64,000 nucleotides of DNA, taken from positions 2,728,001 to 2,792,000 of the forward strand of contig OX337241.1 in the NCBI GenBank assembly GCA_946965045.2, in the 5' to 3' direction. Each line of letters begins with the position of its first letter. Within the stretch, counting starts at the first letter, position 1. The notes beneath the pieces were generated by a model. That model did no database searches and had not been told where the DNA came from. It saw only the letters and a program-made list of their open reading frames with translations. The stretch comes from Epithemia pelagica (taxonomy: Eukaryota > Protista > Bacillariophyta). Below, one piece after another: positions 1 through 10,885 of the stretch. Both the position numbers and the translations under genes were made by a program.

Positions 1-276
1 GTTCCATTTCCCAATTTCAGTGATGTTGTGTTTGGGGATTTGCAACCGAAAGCGAAGTTGCCCAATCAACTGAGCTGTACGTGGGCAGCGACCGACGCAG
101 AACGAGCCCACCTTAACAAAAGACCAGAAGCTGAAAATGAAGAAAGCACAAACGACAATGAAAAGGAGAATGACCACGACCACTACAACTCGAGCCTAGT
201 TCGCCAAGCGACGTTCGCGTCAAGAACCTTCCACCAAAATATGGTTGCTACCATGCACATGACCCCCGGGTATTAG
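1..276 (+). CDS. 3' end (partial) of unknown protein, upstream tandem copy of the 2277-3508 gene
   Basis: Frame is open from base 1 (VPFPNFSDVVFGDLQPK...MHMTPGY*). It matches the C-terminus of ORF 2804-3508 at offset 3232. Confidence 0.6.
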   Translation, partial: VPFPNFSDVVFGDLQPKAKLPNQLSCTWAATDAERAHLNKRPEAENEESTNDNEKENDHDHYNSSLVRQATFASRTFHQNMVATMHMTPGY

Positions 277-393
277 TGCTTATGATGGGGGCTGTGCAAT
301 GGCCATAACCAGCGTCCAGGGAATGTATGGTGCTGCGGGCACTTCCCGCTTGTCTACTTCCGGAGTCTCTAAATGGCAATTGCCTCTAATGAT

Positions 394-1800
394 TTATTGA
401 TTCTCGTCTTTCAGTGTTTGGGAATATTCAGCAAGCCACGAACGAATGATTGCCGTATAGCGGTCATATTCATCGTGTACCTTTTTGGGAGCCTTCTGGT
501 TACACGACAAGTAAATCTGCGTCCATTTTCCAGATGGAATTTTGCCGTTTATCATGTTCAAGGGTTGGTCAAAAGTGTACATACCCAGCGCGTAGGGTTT
601 GTCGGTGTCAGACTCCTCGTAGTACGCCACAAGGAGGCACTTTCCGGAATTGACTTTGTCCGCGTACATTGCAGCGCAATTCTTCAAAGCAATTCCCATG
701 GCTGCGATTGCATGGGATGTTCGCAGAACCCTGCACTTGCCGGAGTCAGAAAGCTGAAGCAAATGATCATACCTGACTAATGCTTTATGGTTCAGCTGCG
801 CTTGAATAGCCCGATCCCGAATGTAGTTAACCAGCTGACGGACATTCAGACTCTCCCAGTGTTCCGGCCAAGCTTCGTTGTACTCTAGTTCATCAATGGA
901 ACCAAGGTTTTTTAACCATTCGGTGTAGTACTTGATGAGGTGCTGACGCGGAGGGCTGTCCTCTGGGGACTGCAGGATTCTCTCAATTTGTTTCCACTCG
1001 TGGGTATTGGCGGTGGGGAAATATGCTTGTATTCGCAGAGAGGTTGGGTGAGGAAACCAGTATGGACTTTCACCTTTCGTGCCAGCACAGATTCCTCGAT
1101 TGATGTCGCGGCGAATAATATCGAGGCAATCACAACCACGTTCCCGATCTTGGTCCAGAAGAGACTGTTTTAGCCCTGTGGTTCTGGCTATTCTTTCCAA
1201 AAGTCGAGCCGGTGCATCGAACGACTCGTGCACCAAGAGGCGATGAATTAGATCTCCTTTTTTCATGCCTGAAGCCTTGGCACCAATCTCTTTCGAAATT
1301 TTCTTCAAATTTACAGCAGTTATGTAGAAGTCGACCATGCTAAACCAAAAATCCGCTTTCCGGCTTGCTACCCAGTTGCGATAGGTTTCCTCAATGTCGA
1401 AAGAGCCGAGGCCACTGATGAAGAGGTCCTCGCCTCGACTGTATTGCCGCCACTCTTTCAGATGGCAAGACTGGATATTACTTATTTGCATTTCCAAGCA
1501 TACCCGAGGAATGCCACATATCTTCTCCAGCGTGCTGAGCACTTGTTGGTCCTCCTTGTCCACCAGATGATGGACGGGCACAATTGCCTGGTAAAGATCC
1601 GGGGAACTCCAAGGTGGCAGAGCGTGCTCGATGGCATCATCCAGTAGTAAAGTCCGGGGCGACAGTTTGCTCGACGCCGGTGAAGTCTGCGACTGCGACG
1701 CAGCTGAGCTACTAGACAGTGGCCTTAATAATGCGGATACCCTTGTCGCCCGAAAGGAGAGCCCTGCACACGAAGATCGATGCCAAACAAAGGCAGCCAT
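394..1800 (-). CDS. PcfJ-like domain protein with SAP/Rho_N-like HeH motif and putative mitochondrial presequence, copy 1 (~468 aa)
   Basis: Long ORF with probable ATG at 1800 (MAAFVW). The C-terminus RVLRTSHAIAAMGIALKNCAAMYADKVNSGKCLLV...KPYAL...Q...CN resembles the PcfJ-like (PF14284) core. TAVNLKKISKEIGAKASGMKKGDLIHRLL resembles SAP/Rho_N. The N-terminus is R/S-rich and free of acidic residues. Confidence 0.65.
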   Translation of the reverse strand: MAAFVWHRSSCAGLSFRATRVSALLRPLSSSSAASQSQTSPASSKLSPRTLLLDDAIEHALPPWSSPDLYQAIVPVHHLVDKEDQQVLSTLEKICGIPRVCLEMQISNIQSCHLKEWRQYSRGEDLFISGLGSFDIEETYRNWVASRKADFWFSMVDFYITAVNLKKISKEIGAKASGMKKGDLIHRLLVHESFDAPARLLERIARTTGLKQSLLDQDRERGCDCLDIIRRDINRGICAGTKGESPYWFPHPTSLRIQAYFPTANTHEWKQIERILQSPEDSPPRQHLIKYYTEWLKNLGSIDELEYNEAWPEHWESLNVRQLVNYIRDRAIQAQLNHKALVRYDHLLQLSDSGKCRVLRTSHAIAAMGIALKNCAAMYADKVNSGKCLLVAYYEESDTDKPYALGMYTFDQPLNMINGKIPSGKWTQIYLSCNQKAPKKVHDEYDRYTAIIRSWLAEYSQTLKDENQ

Positions 1801-2276
1801 GGCTTTCCATTTATCCGGCAAGATGACTTTGGTCTGCAAGATTACTCGAAAACCTGAAAAAGACACGGTTACTTCAAAACCTGAGATGTGCCCCGCATAA
1901 AAATTGTGCGCGCAGGCTGGGTATTGAGGCGGCATGGCGTGTTAGCGATACACCCCATCATCCACTCATCGACCAAAATGTACTCACTTTTTGTAGCTTC
2001 AACTCTTACAACCCAACATACTTCTCATCGCTCGGGCGTGATCCTTCTCCGTGACAGCGAGAAACTTTCTCGCAGAACGCAGACTTGAAATTTGAAGACG
2101 ACCAGACACAAGAACCGTGTGGTACCACAACAAACGAACCTGGCATTCGCAGATACAAACAAACCCAATCGGTACAAACAATCCGTACCATTGACAACGT
2201 GAAAGCAGAAAGGCAGTAATTCGATGCGATCCAAGTCTGTCGTTCCCGTGCCACAAAACTCATTCTCGTTGGAAAA

Positions 2277-3508
2277 ATGGAGAACAAAGAGAATGACCAG
2301 TCGAACGTAGCCATGACGAATGAAGAGGCCCCAACCGATGCTACCGTCGCTTCCACGCTGTCAGACATGAATGCGGCGCTTGGTGCTCTAACGGAGCAAA
2401 TACAACGGATGGCCGCCAAACAGGATTCAATGTCAGAAACGATGGCTACTCGAGCCGATATGGCCATTACTAGCCGGAAACTGGACCGCCTTTTGGTGGC
2501 CACTCCTGCTGCTGCCATCCCGGAGGGCGATTTTGTTCTATCCCCGCCCCGAGGGGAGTTTGCCCGTGCTGTGTTAAAGGGAGGTCGGTAGACGTTTTCA
2601 CTCGTGAAGCACCGCTCGAGTGAAGACAACGACGAATACAGCTACTTTGTAGTGTGCTGTGCACACTGTTTACTGCGACACTGGTTTGAGGAAGCGGAAG
2701 CCGACAACACTATCAATTCGTTGTTTCTGCAGGTTCAAACCAAAACTGCCAATTCTGTGTTTCTTCACGTACCGAAGTAAATTGTGGATGTTATGCCAAT
2801 TCTGTGTTTCTTCAAGTACCGAAGCAAATTGTGGATGTTGCTAGACAAGTTGGTTTTGTTTTGGGGGAGGATGACAAACTGCGAGACTTTGTCGCATTCG
2901 AAATCGACCTGGACGGTGTAAATCCATTGGAGTTTAACAAGGAAGATGCTCTCGATTGGCCTGATAGCAACCCAGGGCCTGTCAATCTTAGTCTTCCAAA
3001 TTCCACAGCGAGACATTCTCACAGTGGACCCGTTCAAGGGCAAAACGTTGTCCATGGAGAAGATGGTAACTTCTATTTTTCTGCCGAAACCAGAGAGAAA
3101 GGCAACGGCGGTACTGTCATGCTTTTGACAAACATGGCAGTGATAGAAAAGAATCAAGTGTCTGTCATTGGACTCTTCAAGGGGACGAAAGCCACTAGAA
3201 CTTCCGGAGCATATGAAGAAAGAGGTGTTATTGTTCCATTTCCCAATTTCAGTGATGTTGTGTTTGGGGATTTGCAACCGAAAGCGAAGTTGCCCAATCA
3301 ACTGAGCTGTACGTGGGCAGCGACCGACGCAGAACGAGCCCACCTTAACAAAAGACCAGAAGCTGAAAATGAAGAAAGCACAAACGACAATGAAAAGGAG
3401 AATGACCACGACCACTACAACTCGAGCCTAGTTCGCCAAGCGACGTTCGCGTCAAGAACCTTCCACCAAAATATGGTTGCTACCATGCACATGACCCCCG
3501 GGTATTAG
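2277..3508 (+). CDS. Unknown protein, probably two exons (2277-2583, 2733-3508; ~360 aa), N-terminal coiled coil
   Basis: ORFs 2277-2591 and 2804-3508 join in frame through a GT(2584)...ttctgcAG(2732) intron. The C-terminal part is conserved in the tandem copy at 1-276. Confidence 0.5.
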
Positions 3509-3625
3509 TGCTTATGATGGGGGCTGTGCAATGGCCATAACCAGCGTCCAGGGAATGTATGGTGCTGCGGGCACTTCCCGCTTGTCTACTTCCGGAGTCT
3601 CTAAATGGCAATTGCCTCTAATGAT

Positions 3626-5017
3626 TTATTGATTCTCGTCTTTCAGTGTTTGGGAATATTCAGCAAGCCACGAACGAATGATTGCCGTATAGCGGTCATA
3701 TTCATCGTGTACCTTTTTGGGAGCCTTCTGGTTACACGACAAGTAAATCTGCGTCCATTTTCCAGATGGAATTTTGCCGTTTATCATGTTCAAGGGTAGG
3801 TCAAAAGTGTACATACCCAGCGCGTAGGGTTTGTCGGTGTCAGACTCCTCGTAGTACGCCACAAGGAGGCACTTTCCGGAATTGACTTTGTCCGCGTACA
3901 TTGCAGCGCAATTCTTCAAAGCAATTCCCACGGCTGCGATTGCATGGGATGTTCGCAGAACCCTGCACTTGCCGGAGTCAGAAAGCTGAAGCAAATGATC
4001 ATACCTGACTAATGCTTTATGCTTCAGCTGCGCCTGAATAGCCCGATCTCGAATGTAGTTAACCAGCTGACGGACATTCAGACTCTCCCAGTGTTCCGGC
4101 CAAGCCTCGTTGTACTCTAGTTCATCAATGGAACCAAGGTTTTTTAACCATTCGGTGTAGTACTTGATGAGGTGCTGACGCGGAGGGCTGTCCTCTGGGG
4201 ACTGCAGGATTCTCTCAATTTGTTTCCACTCGTGGGTATTGGCGGTGGGGAAATATGCTTGTATTCGCAGAGAGGTTGGGTGAGGAAACCAGTATGGACT
4301 TTCACCTGTCGTGCCAGCACAGATTCCTCGATTGATGTCGCGGCGAATAATATCGAGGCAATCACAACCACGTTCCCGATCTTGGTCCAGAAGAGACTGT
4401 TTTAGCCCTGTGGTTCTGGCTATTTCCAAAAGTCGAGCCGGTGCATCAAACGACTCATGCGCCAAGAGGAAATTAATTAGATCTCCTTTTTTCATGCCTG
4501 AAGCCTTGGCGCCAATCTCTTTCGAAATTTTCTTCAAATCTGCAACAGTTGTGTAGAAGTTAACCATCCTATACCAAAAATCCGCTTTCCGGCTTGCTAC
4601 CCAGTTGCGATAGGTTTCCTCAATGTCGAAAGAACCGAGGCCACTGATGAAGAGGTCCTTGCCTCGACTGTATTGCCGCCACTCTTTCAAATGGCGAGAC
4701 TTGATGTTGCAAATTTGCATTTCCAAGCACACCCGAGGAATGCCACAGATCTTCTCCAGCGTGCTGAGCACTTGTTGGTCCTCCTTGTCCACCAGATGAT
4801 GGACAGGCACGATTGTCTGGTAGAGCTCCGATGAACTCCAAGGTGGCAGCGCGTTTTCAATGGCATCATCCAGGGAAATACGTACCGACAATTTGCTCGA
4901 GGTCCGTGGAGTGTGCAACCGCGCTGAGATACCAGGCAGTTGGCTCAATTGGAATGCGCTTGTTGACCGAAAGGAGAGCCCCCCGCACGAAGATCCATGC
5001 CAAACAAACGTAGCCAT
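3626..5017 (-). CDS. PcfJ-like domain protein, copy 2 (~463 aa)
   Basis: Paralogue of 394-1800 with a near-identical C-terminal two-thirds and a diverged N-terminus. Probable ATG at 5017 (MATFVW). Confidence 0.65.
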   Translation of the reverse strand: MATFVWHGSSCGGLSFRSTSAFQLSQLPGISARLHTPRTSSKLSVRISLDDAIENALPPWSSSELYQTIVPVHHLVDKEDQQVLSTLEKICGIPRVCLEMQICNIKSRHLKEWRQYSRGKDLFISGLGSFDIEETYRNWVASRKADFWYRMVNFYTTVADLKKISKEIGAKASGMKKGDLINFLLAHESFDAPARLLEIARTTGLKQSLLDQDRERGCDCLDIIRRDINRGICAGTTGESPYWFPHPTSLRIQAYFPTANTHEWKQIERILQSPEDSPPRQHLIKYYTEWLKNLGSIDELEYNEAWPEHWESLNVRQLVNYIRDRAIQAQLKHKALVRYDHLLQLSDSGKCRVLRTSHAIAAVGIALKNCAAMYADKVNSGKCLLVAYYEESDTDKPYALGMYTFDLPLNMINGKIPSGKWTQIYLSCNQKAPKKVHDEYDRYTAIIRSWLAEYSQTLKDENQ

Positions 5018-5240
5018 TGATATCCAGATTTGTCGTCCATACATGGTAAGATGACTTTTGTTTTTTAATTTATTGTCTTTTGTTTGCAAGATTGCTCGAA
5101 AACCTGAAGTAGTTTTAAAACCTGAGTCGAGATGGCGCGGGGCAGGGAGCCGAACAAGGTACCACGACCATTGGTGATCTGACGTCATATTGTATACACA
5201 TTTACACATGTGTCTTGCTCCTGCTTTGCAATGGACTCAC

Positions 5241-5402
5241 TCACCCCCACCGATGTGCGGCGTTCCCCTCAAGTCTCAATTCGTCAAGAAAGGCCTGGGC
5301 TAATGTTTGCTTAGTGACTTTTGTTTCGCAGATCTCATGATTCACGGCAGCTTCTGTGGAATTGTGGTAATGGTTGTCTTGCTGTTGTTGTTCCTGTTCT
5401 TC

Positions 5403-5483
<81 letters not shown>

Positions 5484-5860
5484 TTGTGCTTGTTGGATGC
5501 ATTCGACGAATGAATCACCCAAGGCTTGGACATTGACTTGAGATGAATTTCGGCAAAGCCTGCCAAGGTTTGGTTGCTGTTCTTGGTTTGCCGATTCAAC
5601 AAATCATAGCGGGATTGTTTCCATCCAGCCGACGAGGCTCCTGTAGGACTGTAGCCCGTTTGGGTATCCAGTCGCTGGATATGGAATGCCCACGCTTTGG
5701 TACACTTTTGTTCCCGTTGGTGATGCGCCGTGTCTTGCGAAATGGCGGTAAAGAAGACACCATTCACGGGCCAATGTATAGGGTGGTGCGGATCTGGAAT
5801 CGGAGGATCGACTTGATAGAGGAGGCCAACACTGGGTACCTGACACAAACCACAATGCTG
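5241..5860 (-). pseudogene. C-terminal fragment of GT7-family gene, paralogous to 8844-9330
   Basis: The peptides WPVNGVFFTAISQDTAHHQREQKC...QTLAGFAEIH and SFVECIQ...DNHYHNST...TLAQAFLDE match the 8.8-9.3 kb locus. They are split over two frames, and the catalytic DVD/WGGEDDD region is absent. Confidence 0.7.
5405..5483. repeat. (CAT)~26 microsatellite (poly-Asp on the minus strand)
   Basis: Uninterrupted cat repeat; reads as about 26 GAT codons in ORF 5241-5522. Confidence 0.97.
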
Positions 5861-5869
5861 CTACTCTGA

Positions 5870-6690
5870 GGAACGTCCGCGATTCCGACGGCCCTCTTAC
5901 GCTGGAGACACACCATACTTGACAGAAGTCGACTTTGAGCAATTCTACGGGCGTTTCCAATGATTGTAGACGTATCACCAGGTTCTATTCATTCAGTGTT
6001 TTCATTGTGAATGATCAATTCCACAAGAGTTTCAGACGGCTCTGAGCTTCCGTGTCAACCGAGTGGGCCAATCGAGCTGCCGCTTGCACTCAAACGTGAG
6101 ATAAATCGTCGTCGGGGATCCAACCGTTACTGCGAGCATAGCGGTGGGAGGCTACGGAATAATGGGCCACAAGTCTTCGATATGGGGTCCTGCCACTTGT
6201 AAGGAGCAAAGGCGAGCGCCATTGATATCACCAAATGTCTTGGTGGTGGCGATTACTGCTTCTGACAGCTTTGCTGGGTTGAGGACCTTTACAACCATAA
6301 TAGAGTCTTGATCATTTTGTACAAATGCTAGTTCTCGACCATCGCATGCTCGTTCAATATCCTGTTGCAGTCGTAGTACATTTCTTTCATTGTACATGTC
6401 GTCGACACGAATATCGAAGAGGGCCAAGTTTGCGGCTGCATGGGGAGAGTTGACCACACTGGCCTGGTTTGGATCTACAGCTCTGAGCACTTAGAGAATA
6501 TCTCGCCACCAAGACCATTGTATGTCATGGAGGCATTTCTCACACTTTCTGCGTCATCTCTGGAGTCGTGTGTCACACGGATCGCCAGGTACGGATCTGA
6601 TTTGAGACGGCAGGAACCTCTGTGACATTCCAGAAAGTGCTTGTTCGTGATTTGCCATTTCCGCCAAGGCTTGTTCGGTCCGAACCAATG
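5870..6690 (-). pseudogene. Degenerate unidentified coding segment lying between GT7-like 5' and 3' parts
   Basis: Protein-like pieces in successive frames (ORFs 6554-6862, 6475-6759, 6152-6490) are interrupted by shifts and stops. No family was recognised. Confidence 0.3.
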
Positions 6691-7035
6691 CTTGTTGGGT
6701 TGTCTTGTCGTCGTCGTCCACTCCCACCAAACATGAGTGGAACGAGAACAAAACCACAAGCACTGGACGAACTTGGTGCGTCGTCACCTGGCAAGCGGCC
6801 ATTTCGTCCGAATTCCACGGCCACAACCGACCGTTCCACTGTGTCTCTCTCAAAGACAACAAGACATGAGAGATGGCCCGATGTTGTCGTTTGTGTGTGA
6901 ATGTAAGTTAGATTTTCGGACGGTCCGTTGAACGTTTGTTGGCGCTCTTGAGATTGCCCCAATCGCGCGCTTTCTTGTGCTTCCTTTTGTGACTGCGAGC
7001 ACGAGAGATCGCAGCTGGTCGCGGGAAAACAGTTA
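6690..7035 (-). repeat. Copy of the GT7 gene 5'/promoter region (homologous to ~10470-10867)
   Basis: Shared blocks include accgttccactgt, gttgtcgtttgt and gtgactgcga..acgagagatcgcagctggtcgcggg(g)aaaacagtt. Confidence 0.8.
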
Positions 7036-7594
7036 GAGTGGATAGGTAGACTCCGAGTCAAACGGGTGCAACCGCCAATCCAGGCAATTCCCAAACGAAT
7101 ACTCCGTGGAACTACCAGACGATCTTATGTGGAATCAATCAAAACAATATTATAAATTATAATAATTTACAACGCTGAGGATAGTAGAGCTGGCGTGACC
7201 CTTTGCTCGGAGCACGCGCACAACATGACACCAAAATCTGAGTCCCTTCCCGATCACCACACGACTGGCAACCATGCAGGAACGAGACCCTTTCTGGAAG
7301 GTTAGACAAGCACATTTGACAATCTTCTCGCCCAATTATTCGATGGACGTTCCTTCTGCTCCAACGGTGTGTTTGTGGTTGTTGTTGTAAATTGCTTTGG
7401 ATCGCTCCTGCTCCGTTCCTTCCCACGAACCACTCCCTCTGGGTTACTGCAAGAATCAATTCCCAAACGATATTGCATGGTGCTTGGTTACTGGTTGTTG
7501 TGTTGGTTCCATTCCAACTGGATCGGTATCTATCTCGGTCTCTTTCTTACTCACAGTTTTGAATCCTTCCTCCAGAACACAAACAACCGACAGT

Positions 7595-8191
7595 ATGAAG
7601 TCTCAACGTTACACTCCATCCTCCATTGCCCGCCGACGAACCACAGAAACTAATATCACCACCACCATGCCTCCACAATGGGAGCCCTCTTCTTGTTGTT
7701 CCAACAGCAATAACAGCAACGTCCCGAGTTGGTACTACTACAAGACGACGGTACAACGACAAGACAGTCAAGACAGTACCACGACCACGACCAGTAGCGA
7801 TACGACAACGACTGGTGGTAGCAGCGACGACCACCACACCCAAACGAGCGACGCTCCTACACCCACGGACCATTCTTGGATGAAGCAGAACGACTACAAC
7901 ACTGGAACGACATACCACCGCCAACAACAACAACAAGCCATTGTGGCGTCATCGTCGTCATCATCCTGGCGAAATGACGCTGTTTCGGCAGCCACCAAAT
8001 TGCGTCGCTTGAAACGACGACTCTTTTTGCAAGCCGTGGCAGCGGCTCCTCCTCCAACTAGGACTGCGATACGATCCACTACGAGGATTCCCTGGACGGT
8101 CCAGACCACTACAACCTCTTCGTTTCCCACGGACGAGAATCATACTCATGACCAGGCATTTCGGGATCATCCTCATCCCGTCCATCACTGA
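7595..8191 (+). CDS. Possible low-complexity Thr/Ser/Gln-rich protein
   Basis: Open frame from ATG 7595 only; no recognisable domain. Confidence 0.2.
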   Translation: MKSQRYTPSSIARRRTTETNITTTMPPQWEPSSCCSNSNNSNVPSWYYYKTTVQRQDSQDSTTTTTSSDTTTTGGSSDDHHTQTSDAPTPTDHSWMKQNDYNTGTTYHRQQQQQAIVASSSSSSWRNDAVSAATKLRRLKRRLFLQAVAAAPPPTRTAIRSTTRIPWTVQTTTTSSFPTDENHTHDQAFRDHPHPVHH

Positions 8192-8843
8192 ACCTTGTCG
8201 TTGTCGTCGCCCCATGTCCGCGTGAGCAGTGAGAAAGAAGAAAAATTCGAACAAGAAGAGTGAAACTGTCGGTTGCAACAACAAACGAACGAGAAACACC
8301 CGTTGATTCCGACCCTTGTGTGCGTGTGTGTGCGTCTGTGTTTGTTTTCTGTGTGTGAATGTCGATGTGTGGGTCGAGTGACCCTGCTCCAGGAGGCTTT
8401 GTCTTGTTTCTCGGTTGGACATCATTTGGCACGATGATGGTGGGGACTACGGGTCATGTCATGGCATGTGGTTGTTGGTTGGGTATTGCTGGGGTGAGGA
8501 TATCCTCCACCCGCACCCGATTGTGTTTGTGATTTAGAGTTAGATTAAGATATATTATAGAGAGAAATACAAGGATAGAAAAATGTGAATGGATACTTGT
8601 TTTCGATCTCCTCCAGGGTTGGGGGCTTTTTGTTGGTCGTGTAGTAATTACCAAGTAGTAGGGACCAACGGGCAGCAATCTCCTCCGACAACCACAACAA
8701 CAAGGGGACCTCTTGTTGGGCAACACGGTCTGGTGACAAGTGTGATTCATAGTAACCAAAGTCCGACACATGTGTGTAATATATGCTTGCTTCCTCTAAT
8801 AGCCCTCTTTGCTTTACGACTAAACATGGATCAACGGGATCCC

Positions 8844-10504
8844 TTACCCATGGACGACGTTCCCTTTGGCTGAAACGCCATTCGTTAGGAAGGGCCTGAG
8901 CTATTGTTTCGTTTGTGGCTCTGGTTTTGCAGATCCCATGATTCGCGGCTACTTTGTGGAATTGTGGTGATGGTTGTCTTGTTGTTGTTGTTCTTCCTGT
9001 TCTTCTTCTTCTTTCTCCTCCTTTTCTTCGATGCATTCGACGAAGGAACCGCCCAAGGCTTGGACATTGACTTGAATGGCAATGTGATGAATTTCGGCAA
9101 AGCCTGCCAAGGTTTGGTTGTGGTTCCAGGTTTGTCGATTCACCACATGATAGCGGGATTGTTTCCATCCACCCGCCGAGGCTACGGTAGGACTATAGCC
9201 CGTTTGTTTCTCCAGTCGCTTGATATTGGAGGCCTACGCCTTGTTACACTTGCGTTCCCGTTGGTGATGCGCCGTGTCTTGCGAAATGACGAGAAAGACA
9301 CCATTCACGGACCACGGACTGTTTGGGTCGATGGGGTGGTGTTTGCTGCAATCGGCCAACCCCATGTAGGCGACACGTTTGTGCAAATCATCGTCTTCGC
9401 CACCCCATCCTTGAAATTGAAAATCCATACCATTGATACTGGCCCAATATTGAATGTGCATTGTCACGGCACCTCCCATAATGGTGGGATACTGGAGCGC
9501 AAAGTTTAGACTTTCTGGTCGGACCGTCAAATGGGTGGGTCTGGAACACTGGTGATAGGGTACTTGCGCAAAAAATCCCGGAACCAAATCGACGTCGTGT
9601 TGAATGACACAAGCAGTGTCGGTCGGCGACGTGATCCAATCCGGCATTCATCAGCAAGGCTCGGTTAAACAATTGGTTGTCGGCTTGTTCGATAATGTAC
9701 ACAAGGCAAACGAATGATGTTGCATCTTTGGATTGCGGTGATAATGGTACTGCAAATAAGGGGACATGTATTCGAGAAAGCTTTCCAAATGATGGGCACG
9801 ATTGCGGAAGGGCACGACAATGGCATGCCGTTGTGGTTGTGGTTGTGGTCGTGGTCGTTGTTGTTGTGATGGAGACTTTGGCGTGTGCGTAGAGATTTGG
9901 TAGTGCTGTCCTCCTCGTGAATAGTTGTTGTTCTTGTTCTTGTTCTTGTTCTTGTTCTTCTTCTTGTAGTTGGAGTGGTTGGGTGGTGCCAGAGCATGCA
10001 AGACCCAGGAACGTTGTGTTTCTTGAGCCACGTGGCGACAAATTTGTGCCAAGGACTGATGGGATCGGTTTCGAAACATGGTCTTTTGTTGGGTAAACTT
10101 GCCAAGATATGCTCCAGCCATGGTCGACGGTTCAGGACCCGTTGCGTCCAGTTGATGATTGGAGACAAGGTAGTACTGCTACTAATAGTACTACTCCTTG
10201 CTCTTGTGGATTGGGAAGAATTGAAATTTTGAGAGGAGTCGGCAACCCAAGAGTGAGTCGTCCGAGAGCGTTGCAAAAGACGGATTGTGGTTTCGATCGA
10301 ACATCAATCAAGTTGTACCACAACAAGACTGGTCAGTTGAAGTTCAATGACAATCGAAACGAGTACCATTCGTGAGTTTCTTGTGTTTCGACTCTTGTTG
10401 ATGTTCTCTGGTTGCCGCTTGGCTTGGTCCCTGTCGGCCGGCGACGACATGGTAAGGATGAGAGGGTTGTCTTGTCGTCGTCGTGCACTCCCACCACACA
10501 GGAG

Positions 10505-10538
<34 letters not shown>

Positions 10539-10636
10539 ACATGACAAAATTGGACAAACACTTGGTGCATCCTCACCTTGCCAGCGCAAGCGACCATTGT
10601 GGTCCGAATTTCAACGGCAGCAACCGACCGTTCCAC
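8844..10636 (-). pseudogene. Beta-1,4-galactosyltransferase-like (GT7) pseudogene or mis-assembled gene
   Basis: GT7 motifs AIVVPFRNR, YIIEQADNQLFNRALLMNAG, CVIQHDVDLVP, MGGAV and FQGWGGEDDDL are spread over several frames. There is an in-frame TAG at 9234-9236 where the paralogue has TGG. Both ends are approximate. Confidence 0.85.
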
Positions 10637-10885
10637 TGTCTCTCTCCTGCAGACGACAAGAGGCCAGTGTTGTCGTTTGTCGGTATCTGGATTTCATTCT
10701 ATTACACCTCTGTAGTTTCTCGGGGAGGTCCGTTGAACCCCCATGTTGAGAGCTGTTGAGAGATGAGACAGAGGATGCGCCTTCCTTCAAGATCGCGCAC
10801 TCCCTTTTCTTCCCTGTATGTGACTGCGAAGACGAGAGATCGCAGCTGGTCGCGGGGAAAACAGTTTGGTCGCATGGATCGTACA

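Larger units (their letters stand above)
1..5130. repeat. Tandem segmental duplication, period 3232 bp
   Basis: gttccatttcccaatttcagtgatg occurs at 1 and 3233. The copies are near-identical for about 1.2 kb, with one 3-nt indel (1195 vs 4423), then become clearly more divergent over about 1640-1900 vs 4870-5130. Confidence 0.95.

Noticed and set aside
10513-10538. (GA)n microsatellite and other (GTT)n/(CAA)n/(GTTCTT)n runs
   Set aside because: Ordinary simple repeats, abundant throughout this genome.
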